Source of the DNA: Methanothrix sp.
GTDB lineage: Archaea > Halobacteriota > Methanosarcinia > Methanotrichales > Methanotrichaceae
DNA: 24,000 nt
Direction: 5' to 3'
Assembly (NCBI GenBank): GCA_963682135.1
Contig: OY821645.1
Coordinates: 1,894,401 to 1,918,400 of the forward strand
The notes beneath the pieces are model-generated. The model did no database searches, had not been told where the DNA came from, and worked only from the letters and a program-made list of their open reading frames with translations. Positions 1-8,139 of the stretch are shown here, in pieces. Made by a program: the position numbers and the translations under genes. Within the stretch, counting starts at the first letter, position 1, and every line of letters begins with the position of its first letter.

Positions 1-37
1 AAGTAAACATGGGCTGAATACCGAAAAAATAAAAATT

Positions 38-1228
38 ATGAAAAGGGAGAATATTTGCATGAAAAGATGCTCTTGTTTAGCAGTATTGATGCTGCTAATA
101 GGCAGTAGCTTGATACTACCCGCATCATCCCAGGAACAAGTCACCCAGACGGTTTACGTTTATGATGGAGATTTTAACGGCACGCTCCTCTCTGGTGTGC
201 AGGTTGCCGGTCAGGATGCTGCAGGAAAAAGTTTTAGCGGGATCACAGACTCAAATGGTGTTGCAGTAGTCAGTGGGCAACCGGGGACCTGGCTGTTCGT
301 ATTCATAAAGGACGGCTATGAGACACTCGACTTGAGTTATAATGTAACCGAGACAAACGAAGGTGCTGTTTATCTGGTAAAGTCAAATAAACTCACTGAA
401 CAAATTGCGCCTTCTCTTGACAATTCGCAACCTGAGGCAATATCTAAGGCTAATACGGCATATCAAACGCAGTTAGAGACTAACGCAACTGCATTGATAC
501 AAACCGCATCATCTCAGGATCAAGTCTCCCAGACGGTCTACGTCTATGATGGAGATTTCAACGGCACGCTCCTCTCAGGAGTACAAGTTGACGGCCAGGA
601 TGCGGCAGCCACAAGTTTCAGCGGGATTACAGACTCGAATGGAGCCACTGTTGTCAGCGGACAACCGGGAACCTGGCGGTTCGAATTCATAAAAGATGGC
701 TATGAGACGCTTAAATTGAGTTATAATGTAACCGAAACAGGAGAAGGCGCTGTTTATCTGGTAAAGTCAGAAGAGACCCGGGAGCCAATTGCGCCGTCTC
801 TTAACAATCAGCAACCTGAGGCAATATCGGAGGATAATGCGACCGATGAAACGCATCGAGAAGGACAAAACTTAACGGCTCTGCAAAAGACTGAGATCAA
901 TCAACCTGAAACTGCGTCTGCAGAATCCTGGCTTGAAAAAGGCAATTACCTCTATGAACAGGGTAGATACGATGAAGCAGCCCAATCTTATGATAGGTGC
1001 ATATTGCTCAATCCGCAACTCGAAGCTGCCTGGTTCAACAAAGGCAATGCTCTTTACATGCAGGGCAATTATGACAATGCCCTTTCAGCATTCGATAAAG
1101 CTATCGAGATTAGTCCACAAGATGCCAATGCATGGATCTGCCGGGGCTTAACTCTCAAGAAGCTGGATCGAACTATAGAAGCAAATGCTGCACTTATGCA
1201 GGCTAAAGGACTGGGGTATACAGGCTAA
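38..1228 (+). CDS. Secreted repeat protein: signal peptide, two CarboxypepD_reg/PEGA-like beta-sandwich repeats, C-terminal TPR repeats
   Basis: 396-aa ORF with an N-terminal hydrophobic signal-like segment (CLAVLMLLIGSSLILPASS). The ATG at 59 is an equally plausible start. It holds two copies of VYVYDGDFNGTLLSGVQV..GQPGTW.F.FIKDGYETL.LSYNVTE. The C-terminus has three TPR-like units (WLEKGNYLYEQGRYDEAAQSYDRCILLNP, AWFNKGNALYMQGNYDNALSAFDKAIEISP, AWICRGLTLKKLDR..). Confidence 0.75.
   Translation: MKRENICMKRCSCLAVLMLLIGSSLILPASSQEQVTQTVYVYDGDFNGTLLSGVQVAGQDAAGKSFSGITDSNGVAVVSGQPGTWLFVFIKDGYETLDLSYNVTETNEGAVYLVKSNKLTEQIAPSLDNSQPEAISKANTAYQTQLETNATALIQTASSQDQVSQTVYVYDGDFNGTLLSGVQVDGQDAAATSFSGITDSNGATVVSGQPGTWRFEFIKDGYETLKLSYNVTETGEGAVYLVKSEETREPIAPSLNNQQPEAISEDNATDETHREGQNLTALQKTEINQPETASAESWLEKGNYLYEQGRYDEAAQSYDRCILLNPQLEAAWFNKGNALYMQGNYDNALSAFDKAIEISPQDANAWICRGLTLKKLDRTIEANAALMQAKGLGYTG
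125..845 (+). repeat. In-frame tandem duplication (period 384 nt, two ~337-nt units at about 125-461 and 509-845) inside the 38..1228 CDS
   Basis: Direct comparison of tcccaggaacaagtcacccagacggtttacgtttatgatggagatttt.. (128-) with tctcaggatcaagtctcccagacggtctacgtctatgatggagatttc.. (512-). By eye about four of five positions are identical. Many differences fall at third codon positions. Confidence 0.8.
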
Positions 1229-1287
1229 TTCTGTCAACGGCCAATAATTCTTCGCGGCTTCGCGCCTTCAAATGAGATTCAACATTG

Positions 1288-1296
1288 TTTTTTTTT
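1288..1296 (+). terminator. Oligo-T tract (T9), candidate archaeal terminator for the 38..1228 gene
   Basis: A run of nine T about 60 nt after the stop codon, in a convergent intergenic gap. Confidence 0.35.
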
Positions 1297-1309
1297 CACA
1301 CGACGAATT

Positions 1310-2161
1310 CTATCCCAGCTCAAAGCTTGTCACGCCATAGATTCGGTCCATCGGTAGGTGGGGGTCTTCTTTGGTGTACATGCGCATTGTCTCGAACACG
1401 GGATGCATATGGTGGCGCCTGGCCATGTCCAGAGCAGCGGAGTTTGCAGCTGGTGTATCCAGGAAGACCGGTGCACCCTGTGAAGCATGGCCGCAGAGGG
1501 CGTGAAACAGAGATTTCGCAACATCTTCATCATCGGCAAAAAGCGGCCCGATTTTATAGCCAAGATGACATTGCCTGAGGAGACCGTAGCCCTCCAGTTC
1601 GCCATCATTCACAGATGCGAGTGCAATTCCGCCCGTCTGCTTAATCCATAAATTAGTAAATGCATGCCTGGGCACAGGAAAGTGCTGATCATCATATGCC
1701 AGAAGATCTTTTATGGGAACCTCTGAGAGATATTTTATGTCCTTTGCTTTGTGTTCCTGCCCAGTCCCCACTCCCTGGTGGCGCACACTCTTGTAGCACG
1801 GCAAAAACCCCAAACGTTCATACAGTTTCTGCTGCTCCAGGACACTATCAAGCCCGATGTTCCGGTTCCCCAGATACTTTATCCCAGCATTCCAGACCTC
1901 TGTGCCCAATCCCAGACCTCGGAATGATGGTTGGACAATGTAAAACCCCAGGAACCCGAATGAGTCATTATAGGCTACTGCGGATATGCTTGCTACCGGC
2001 CTGCCATCTAATATGCCCAGGAAGAATCCGTTTGGATCCGTTCCGTAAAAGGTTTCAGCGTCGTGAATTCCAGGATTCCATCCCTCCTGGTTGGCCCAGG
2101 ATATGACGAGATCAACTTCATGGCTTTGTGCCTTCCGGATTGTGTACCCTTCAATAGACAT
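1310..2161 (-). CDS. GNAT-family N-acetyltransferase (two-domain YitI/YitH-like architecture)
   Basis: The ORF track gives 1310..2170, but that start is a GTG. The first ATG is at 2161 (MSIEGYTIRKAQ..). The acetyl-CoA binding-type motif is FYIVQPSFRGLGLGTEVWNAGIKYL, and the overall length is typical of GNATs with a C-terminal extension. Confidence 0.85.
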   Translation of the reverse strand: MSIEGYTIRKAQSHEVDLVISWANQEGWNPGIHDAETFYGTDPNGFFLGILDGRPVASISAVAYNDSFGFLGFYIVQPSFRGLGLGTEVWNAGIKYLGNRNIGLDSVLEQQKLYERLGFLPCYKSVRHQGVGTGQEHKAKDIKYLSEVPIKDLLAYDDQHFPVPRHAFTNLWIKQTGGIALASVNDGELEGYGLLRQCHLGYKIGPLFADDEDVAKSLFHALCGHASQGAPVFLDTPAANSAALDMARRHHMHPVFETMRMYTKEDPHLPMDRIYGVTSFELG

Positions 2162-2170
2162 TATCGACAC

Positions 2171-2431
2171 CTACATCTCACTCTCTGTGTAAATCCCAGA
2201 GCCCAGATACCAGGTGCTATCGGCGTTCGCTGTGTAACTGAGCTTGAGCGCCTGGGTCATGTTCCTAGATAATATGATTAATATGGAAAAAAGCAACGCC
2301 ATTGCACTTCGATTTGTGAACATAAAGATCCCTACTAGAATGTTAAAGGGTTCTTCATGATTAAAAAAGTTGCTGGAGGTATCTGTAATAAATCTGGCAA
2401 ACAAATTCTCAGTACTTGCCCTTTTGTCCAT
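2171..2431 (-). CDS. Hypothetical small protein with one hydrophobic segment (weak call)
   Basis: 86-aa ORF whose stop directly abuts the GNAT ORF. It has one hydrophobic stretch (AMALLFSILIILS) and no recognisable family. It could simply be the promoter/leader region. Confidence 0.25.
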   Translation of the reverse strand: MDKRASTENLFARFITDTSSNFFNHEEPFNILVGIFMFTNRSAMALLFSILIILSRNMTQALKLSYTANADSTWYLGSGIYTESEM

Positions 2432-2547
2432 AACTGACTTCAGCGCATGCCTGTCGGATCATGAATCCATCACGTAGGCAAAGTACATTAACTTAGAATA
2501 TTATCTAATTAAGAACTCATGATTCAGAACAATGGAGGCAAGAGAGC

Positions 2548-2784
2548 ATTTATCCAGTTATAGAGCTGGTTGGATCGTCTCCCACCAGTTGGGAGGATGC
2601 GGCCAGAAATGCAGTCGATAAGGCATCTGCATCTCTTTGGAACCTGAGAATTGGCGAAGTCGCGCAGCTGGACGTCAGCCTGGATGATCAGGGAAAAATA
2701 GCATTATACCGGGCAAGAATAAAACTCTCTTTAAAATACGACAACTGGAAGGAAGAGCTTGGCTGGAAAGGCCCAGGAATGTAG
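2548..2784 (+). CDS. Dodecin-family (flavin-binding) protein-like ORF lacking a canonical in-frame start; possible frameshifted pseudogene or non-ATG start
   Basis: This ORF is absent from the supplied ORF track. Frame-1 translation gives IYPVIELVGSSPTSWEDAARNAVDKASASLWNLRIGEVAQLDVSLDDQGKIALYRARIKLSLKY.., ending at TAG 2782-2784. This matches the dodecin pattern (vYKviElvGsS..SwedAa.nAv..As.tlrnlr.aeV). The frame is open only from 2509 and has no in-frame ATG, GTG or TTG before the conserved core. Confidence 0.5.
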   Translation: MYPVIELVGSSPTSWEDAARNAVDKASASLWNLRIGEVAQLDVSLDDQGKIALYRARIKLSLKYDNWKEELGWKGPGM

Positions 2785-3219
2785 GTCGTCCCCGACTCCC
2801 TAGAGTGCATCGAGTAATCCCGCGGGACGCGACCTTATCCACATGACCTTTTGCCGACTCCATTGAGGTGTTCCCATCCAAAAGATTTGATCAGATTAAG
2901 ATATTTGATGATATTATATTTTTTCGCGACTATCATGCTCTAATGCCCCATGCCGAGGCTATGGGCAACGATAGGACGGGCGAAGATGCCAGCAGCCCTG
3001 CAATTGATCTTCAAATAATATCGATACACAACAGATCAGCAACTCTTGGGGATTCGATTTTGTCGATATTCACGGTCAATCGCAATGTATTTATTCGTTG
3101 AATGTCGTAAATTGCCTTCAGAAGTGCTGTGCTGGTAATGTGATCTGAAAATAAAACTCGAACAAAAATTATAGAAACATTGCCATTTAACAGGGACTTT
3201 AAGTGGGGGTTGGGGCAGA

Positions 3220-4023
3220 ATGGACAATAGGGCTGGATTAGCGTTAGCTATAATGGAAAAGGAAAATCGAAACGAATGTCTATCGAAAGCCAATGATCTT
3301 GCAGAAGATCTCTGTCATGTTAAGGCTATGTTTTTGGCCAATATGAGTCATGAGTTTAGGACACCTCTCAATGCCATCATCGGCATCACCAGTTTGCTTC
3401 AATTAGAGGAAAACCTCAATTCTGAACAGAAAGACCTGGTTGATATCGTAAGGAATAGCGGAGAGGAATTGCTGACCATCATAGAAAATATTTTAGACTT
3501 TTCCAAGATTGAGGCTGGAGAGATCAAGCTCGATGTTCAGCCCTTTAGTCTATGTAATTGCATTGAATCAACTCTTAAAAGTTTCTCCTCGGCTGCATCT
3601 GCAAAGGGTTTGAATCTCTCTTGCCGCATAAACGAAGACATACCTGCGATCGTTATCGGCGATCCGAAAAGGCTCGAGCAAATCCTCAAAAACCTGCTGG
3701 AAAATGCTATAAAGTTCACAGAGCAGGGCAGGGTTGTGATTTATGTTTCATCCGACGACAATGATTTGGTTCATTTCACAGTCAAAGATACTGGTATTGG
3801 GATTCCCACCGACAGAAGGGATTGCCTCTTTCAGTCCTTCAGTCAGGTGGATGATTCATTGACGCGCAAATATCATGGGATCGGTCTGGGGTTAGCCGCG
3901 AGCCGAAGGCTGGTTGAACTCATGGGCGGGCGGATATGGGCAGAAAGTCGCGAAGGTGTCGGATCCGCCTTTCATTTTACCATCAAAAGGAACGGGATTC
4001 CTGCCGGCACATGGGTTCGCTGA
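3220..4023 (+). CDS. Histidine kinase core (HisKA + HATPase_c) without sensor, transmembrane or receiver domains
   Basis: H-box FLANMSHEFRTPLNAIIG, N-box LKNLLENAIKFT, G1 VKDTGIGIP, F-box FQSFSQVD, G2 GIGLGLAASRRLVELMGG. Only about 40 aa precede the H-box. An in-frame stop at 3172-3174 excludes a longer N-terminus. Confidence 0.85.
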   Translation: MDNRAGLALAIMEKENRNECLSKANDLAEDLCHVKAMFLANMSHEFRTPLNAIIGITSLLQLEENLNSEQKDLVDIVRNSGEELLTIIENILDFSKIEAGEIKLDVQPFSLCNCIESTLKSFSSAASAKGLNLSCRINEDIPAIVIGDPKRLEQILKNLLENAIKFTEQGRVVIYVSSDDNDLVHFTVKDTGIGIPTDRRDCLFQSFSQVDDSLTRKYHGIGLGLAASRRLVELMGGRIWAESREGVGSAFHFTIKRNGIPAGTWVR

Positions 4024-4535
4024 AGTTACTGAATTTCCAAGAGAAGAATGGTAGGGCGCGTCCGTTCTCGCGCGGGACCCTGGCCCGTCCTTGCCCGTAA
4101 GCTCACGCGAAAAAGGGGGGCGCGCAGCATGTGCCAGGATGGCGAAAATGGATGTGATTATCCACACCGGAGTACCAGCTATCGAAGAGAACAATGCGAG
4201 GCTGAAAACTCCGTTATTTTGCTTTGCGAAGTATATCTCGAAAAGGATCATTTTTCGTCTTGCCGTCAGCGTCTATGTCGTAGATTCGGAAATCAACCGG
4301 GATCATGGCGTTTCCATCTGTCCAGAGCAAAGTACAACTATTGATTCCATTCACCACACGATGATGTTTTCTACTCCATTGGCGATAGACTGGATCCATA
4401 TTTTTAGCATAAGGTTTATCCAACGTCGTATCTGGGGGCTGTCTTTGTAGAAGGCGGGTAAATATATCATGCGACTGATTATTTTTGCCCGCAGGCTGAC
4501 ACCTTGCAGCTTCAGTACAGGTAAAAACATCTTAT
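4010..4535 (-). pseudogene. Relic of an IS701-like (DDE_5-type) transposase, N-terminally truncated and frameshifted
   Basis: The minus-strand frame reads ..SHDIFTRLLQRQPPDTTLDKPYAKNMDPVYRQWSRKHHRVVNGINSCTLLWTDGNAMIPVDFRIYDIDADGKTKNDPFRDILRKAK*. It continues in another frame as ..AKQNNGVFSLALFSS.. . This resembles the conserved core I recall for IS701-like transposases (DDTvldKpya...WSgkhhrvvkGin..tLlwtdg..iPvDyRiYd...dgkTKNdhFr.ML). There is no full-length ORF and I found no inverted repeats. Confidence 0.55.
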
Positions 4536-4621
4536 TAATATTGGCTATGAGGTTTCGGGACTACACAGCAAAGGAAAACGATCGAAAGGTTTTTTATGCA
4601 CTAATTCCTTCCTCTTGATGA

Positions 4622-4912
4622 ATGAGCGAGGGAACTAACGATACTGAGAAGAAGGGCTATGCGGAGAAGAAGCTCGATCTCAAGAATAAGCTGGATCTTA
4701 AGAGCAAGCTGAATCTGGATGACATGGATCTGGGCGTCACCATGCCTTCCACGAATGTGGATGAGTATTTGCGGGTTTTAAGGCTGGCCCGAAAGCCCAG
4801 CCGTGAGGAGTTCAATATGATCGCCAAGATCTCTATGGCCGGCATAGGCATTATCGGCACCATGGGCTTTGTCATATATGCGCTGCTCACCGAACTGCCC
4901 AAAGTCTTCTAA
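4622..4912 (+). CDS. secE: Protein translocase subunit SecE / Sec61-gamma with an extended charged N-terminus
   Basis: The C-terminal 55 aa (VDEYLRVLRLARKPSREEFNMIAKISMAGIGIIGTMGFVIYALLTELPKVF) match the archaeal SecE pattern: an amphipathic helix, KP.reEf, then a single TM. The first ~40 aa are a K/L/D-rich extension. The true start could be an internal ATG. Confidence 0.8.
   Translation: MSEGTNDTEKKGYAEKKLDLKNKLDLKSKLNLDDMDLGVTMPSTNVDEYLRVLRLARKPSREEFNMIAKISMAGIGIIGTMGFVIYALLTELPKVF
4670..4723 (+). repeat. Three tandem 18-bp units (AAGCTCGATCTCAAGAAT / AAGCTGGATCTTAAGAGC / AAGCTGAATCTGGATGAC) encoding KLDLKN-KLDLKS-KLNLDD
   Basis: Read directly from the sequence. The units are in frame within the secE N-terminal extension. 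Confidence 0.8.
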
Positions 4913-4965
4913 AAAAAATCTGAAATTCGTAGCTCCTGGGAGCATACAACGCCTAATCTTTTTTT
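4911..4965. terminator. Bidirectional terminator region between convergent secE and cfbD
   Basis: An A8 run at 4911-4918 (T8 on the minus strand, downstream of cfbD). A T7 run at 4959-4965 (downstream of secE). A small GC hairpin GCTCC..GGAGC lies at 4932-4943. Confidence 0.3.
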
Positions 4966-6097
4966 AACACTTCTTAGCTTTGTCTTTATTTAGCGAGCGC
5001 AATGTGGCTCCGAACTCCGATTCCACCAGATTTTTCACACCCATCGTCTTGGGATGCAGGTCCAATTCTACTGTGACATGCTGGTGGCCTAAACTGCGCA
5101 GTGGCTTGACCTGGCGCGGTCCATTGGTGATCGAGAAGATCTCCATGCCTTGCAGAGCCGATACCGGCAGGGCATGAGGTACTCCCGAGATCACGGCAAA
5201 GTCATAATGCTTATTAGCGGTCAGCTCTTCCACTGCAGCACCCGTTACCGGGTACTCGTCCAGTCCGCCTATGAGCTGGAAATTCACCTTTCGCTCCCTC
5301 AAGTCGCGGGCAATATTGGCTGCGTCCCTTCTCACCTTGGGCAGGCCCACCTGATCATCCAAATTAGCAAATGTGTCCACCTGATCGCCGGCAACCTCGG
5401 CCACGGCTGCGGTAATGTCGGCAAACATGTAGGCGGTCTCCTTCTTGGCATTGAGGATATTCAAGCCCTTCTTGCCCTGTAAAATAAGCTCCAGAAGCCT
5501 GGAAGCGGCCTCATATTTGAGATCACCTCGCTCCGGAGCCAGGTACTCGCTGCTCGCTGCTCCGTACAGCTTTTCTACAAGGGTGGCTTTCTCGAGCAGA
5601 CCCTTCTGTCGGTCGAGCTCTTTTTCATCTATGATTTCCTTGTCTCTTGCAGCCTCCAATGTGAGGATCACGCCCTTGGTATTATCCCTGTAGCCTGCAT
5701 GAACCTCAACCTCCAAGACAGGTATGTCCAGGTCGGCATCCACTACTGCCTGGTGCAGATCATCGCCGATGATCATGCTGCTACAGGTCCCTGAGATGGC
5801 CATGAGTTTGGGATGGAACAATTCATTGGCCTTCCTCAGAAGAGCGGTGAGCGGTCGCAAACCTCCGAATACAAATCCGGCTTCGTCCAGCGCAGTGGTA
5901 AGCACCCGCACTCCGTCCTCTTCCAAGAGACGGGCATGCTTGAAGCAGCATCCACTCGGGCCATGCAATATTACCACCTCGGCACCAAGGTCACGCAGAG
6001 TGTAGAGAGCGGCCACTATTGAGCTTGGTCTGGGATGAAGTATCGTTATGTTTTGCAATTCGCTTGTCTTTTGCACTTCGCTTGCCATTCGTATCAC
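4964..6097 (-). CDS. cfbD: Ni-sirohydrochlorin a,c-diamide reductive cyclase subunit CfbD (NifD/NflD-like, methanogenesis marker 13)
   Basis: The N-terminus ..[52 protein letters not shown] is characteristic of the NflD/CfbD family. Length is 377 aa. The start is either GTG 6097 (GTGA overlap with the cfbE stop) or ATG 6088. It lies downstream of cfbA and cfbE on the same strand. Confidence 0.85.
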   Translation of the reverse strand: MIRMASEVQKTSELQNITILHPRPSSIVAALYTLRDLGAEVVILHGPSGCCFKHARLLEEDGVRVLTTALDEAGFVFGGLRPLTALLRKANELFHPKLMAISGTCSSMIIGDDLHQAVVDADLDIPVLEVEVHAGYRDNTKGVILTLEAARDKEIIDEKELDRQKGLLEKATLVEKLYGAASSEYLAPERGDLKYEAASRLLELILQGKKGLNILNAKKETAYMFADITAAVAEVAGDQVDTFANLDDQVGLPKVRRDAANIARDLRERKVNFQLIGGLDEYPVTGAAVEELTANKHYDFAVISGVPHALPVSALQGMEIFSITNGPRQVKPLRSLGHQHVTVELDLHPKTMGVKNLVESEFGATLRSLNKDKAKKC

Positions 6098-7350
6098 CTA
6101 AAGCATTTTACGCAGGAAAGCAGCCTTTTCGGTCTCTCCTCTTGAGCTATTTCCAGCCCGTGCTGCAGATTTCTGGCGGTAGCTGCTCCCAGCTCTTCTG
6201 CCAGGGGCACAAGCCTTTCACCTACTAATATCAGCTTTGCCATCTCGCTCTTCCTTTGCCGTAGCAAGTCGGAGAGATCCGGGATGTTCATGCCTTCACA
6301 TACAGTTTCACTCTCTTCTCCCACTACCACAACCAGATCGCTGCCAGAGGCCCGGTCCAGTGCTCTTTTCACATCCCGAACTTTGAGCCCGGAGTTGGAG
6401 CTGTCGAAGAAAGTCTGATTGGGCAGACGCTTGATCTTCATGCGCCCGGAAAAACCGTCAAAGCCCGAGAGGGCCATAGCGATCATGCCCTTGGGTATGC
6501 CTGCCAGCTCAGAGGCAGCCGCGGCTCCCGCAATTGCCGTCTCATAGCCCAGGAAGTCCAGATCCTGACCTAAATCAAGATTCACCTCATCTCTTCCGAA
6601 GATCAGACTATCCTGCCTGGCATAGACCCTCCCGCCTTGGGCAAATGAGACATCCGGAGATAGTCGAGCGTCGATATTGGCCAGAATCTTCGAGCCGCTC
6701 TTGGCCAGGGCGAGCATCTGCAGTTTGGCTGTGCTGGCCCACTTGGTAGCATCGGCGATGAGGTAGTCTCCGGAAAAGCCGGTTATAATTCCATAATCGG
6801 CCAGACCCGTGCCGCCCAGAGAGATCTCACAGATCAGAGCCATCGCCCCCTGGGCCTCTGCAACCTCCCTAGCACGGATCACATTTCCGGGTGTGATGGA
6901 AAGACCCTTTTCCACAAGGCAGGCTTTGCCATCCTGCCAGATCTCCAGGCCGCGAGTGGTGTGAGATAAGACCTTCTTTTGCCAGGAGATAATCATGGCC
7001 AGCAAAAGGGCTGTGGAGGTCTTGCTGTGCGTTCCCGTAACCTCGAAGACCTCCATGGCAGGATCTTCTCTTCCCCCGAGTAGTTCGCCAACCGCCTGAT
7101 GATGAGTGATAATTTTCTTCTTGGCTTTCCTGGCCAGAGATAGGGCCTGGTTGCCGGGTGCAAGGTGGACGGGGGCTACCACCAGGTCGAAGTCTGTTAG
7201 ATCCGGGATGTGGTGATAGACTTCGAGTGCCTCTGCCTGCAGGCCCGATTCGACCATCCGGCGAGCGATTATTGCCGCGCCATGAATGGTGTCCAATACG
7301 GCTACTCTAAAGCCTCTGCTGCCCGCTTGTATGCCAGTGCTGCAATGCAT
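6094..7350 (-). CDS. cfbE: Coenzyme F430 synthetase CfbE (MurD/MurF-like ligase)
   Basis: Mur-ligase-like layout ([11 protein letters not shown].., [16 protein letters not shown]-loop-like motif, C-terminal domain). The track ORF starts at 7377. The ATG at 7350 (MHCSTG..) is the last canonical start before the conserved RVAVLD core. Either start overlaps the end of cfbA. Confidence 0.8.
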   Translation of the reverse strand: MHCSTGIQAGSRGFRVAVLDTIHGAAIIARRMVESGLQAEALEVYHHIPDLTDFDLVVAPVHLAPGNQALSLARKAKKKIITHHQAVGELLGGREDPAMEVFEVTGTHSKTSTALLLAMIISWQKKVLSHTTRGLEIWQDGKACLVEKGLSITPGNVIRAREVAEAQGAMALICEISLGGTGLADYGIITGFSGDYLIADATKWASTAKLQMLALAKSGSKILANIDARLSPDVSFAQGGRVYARQDSLIFGRDEVNLDLGQDLDFLGYETAIAGAAAASELAGIPKGMIAMALSGFDGFSGRMKIKRLPNQTFFDSSNSGLKVRDVKRALDRASGSDLVVVVGEESETVCEGMNIPDLSDLLRQRKSEMAKLILVGERLVPLAEELGAATARNLQHGLEIAQEERPKRLLSCVKCFR

Positions 7351-7694
7351 TCGTCCACGCCCAGTGGCTCGGCACAAATTACTTCCACCTCTTTGCCGCC
7401 GATCTTCAAAGTGCCTCTGCGCTTTTGCGGATCTATTCCCATCTCCTGGGGAATGTCCTGGCGGGTATGTACCCCGTGGGCTAAGAAGAGGGGCAGAGCT
7501 ACGATCTTTGATACATTGGTTCCAGCAAAGCTATTCAGGCCCTCCGGGATGTTGGGCCGGTCCATATTGAGATAAGCTGTCCTGACCGGTCCTGAGTGGG
7601 TTTTGCTGACCATCTGGGCGAGCGATTCCACCAGTTCTTTGTTGTAAGGCAGGCTGGAACCATGCCCGAGTATAAGTATGCCTACGTCCTTCAT
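7302..7694 (-). CDS. cfbA: Sirohydrochlorin nickelochelatase CfbA (small CbiX(S)-type chelatase)
   Basis: 130 aa. GILILGHGSSLPYNKE and ALPLFLAHGVHTRQDIP are the CbiX(S) histidine motifs. It sits at the head of the cfbA-cfbE-cfbD gene string. Confidence 0.85.
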   Translation of the reverse strand: MKDVGILILGHGSSLPYNKELVESLAQMVSKTHSGPVRTAYLNMDRPNIPEGLNSFAGTNVSKIVALPLFLAHGVHTRQDIPQEMGIDPQKRRGTLKIGGKEVEVICAEPLGVDECIAALAYKRAAEALE

Positions 7695-7802
7695 GGAAAC
7701 ACCAGTATTACTTTTTATACATCTCGTGTTAAGAGAACGATAGATTCATAAGTACTAAATCCTTTCGAGGCTGAAGCTACCTGCAAAGGCACCGCCACGG
7801 AG

Positions 7803-8132
7803 ATGATAGATATCAGCATGAATGGGACAATCGGTCTTTCCAGATTCTATTCTTGTATCCTATTTTTGATCTTGATCTATCCAGCTTTTTCCCAGGAAGT
7901 TGTTCTTTCCATGCATGAGAACTATACTATGGAAAATTGCACATTGCAGGTGGAAGATATTGATTCGCAGGCGGCAGAGGTCTGGGTGTTGATACTGGCG
8001 GAGCCGGAGCCATCTTCATCAATGGTCCTGGGAATAAATGATACTTTAACCTGCGGCAAGGCGACGCTGATGGTAAAGAATTTTTATGCAGGCGAGAGCT
8101 ATGATATTGTATGCCTAAAAATTGTTCAGTAG
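7803..8132 (+). CDS. Hypothetical small secreted protein
   Basis: 109-aa ORF with a signal-like segment (FYSCILFLILIYPAFSQE) followed by a ~80-aa Cys-containing region. No family recognised. It fills the gap between divergent/convergent neighbours. Confidence 0.4.
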   Translation: MIDISMNGTIGLSRFYSCILFLILIYPAFSQEVVLSMHENYTMENCTLQVEDIDSQAAEVWVLILAEPEPSSSMVLGINDTLTCGKATLMVKNFYAGESYDIVCLKIVQ

Positions 8133-8139
8133 GAGCATT

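Noticed and set aside
2790-3219. A gap of ~430 nt upstream of the kinase with overlapping 77-aa and 85-aa ORFs (2868..3101 +, 3036..3293 -). I considered a gene or an ncRNA.
   Set aside because: Neither ORF has motifs or plausible composition. I found only a short hairpin (GCCC..GGGC around 2944-2965) and no convincing structured RNA. The gap remains unexplained rather than annotated.
4048-4450. Plus-strand ORFs of 98 and 119 aa between the kinase and secE.
   Set aside because: The minus strand of the same interval carries clear transposase-core similarity. The plus-strand products are Arg/Cys-rich and featureless.
4670-4723. A short tandem repeat, considered as a possible CRISPR-like or minisatellite element.
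   Set aside because: It has only three directly abutting 18-bp units with no spacers, in frame within an ORF. No CRISPR-like repeat-spacer architecture exists anywhere in the window.
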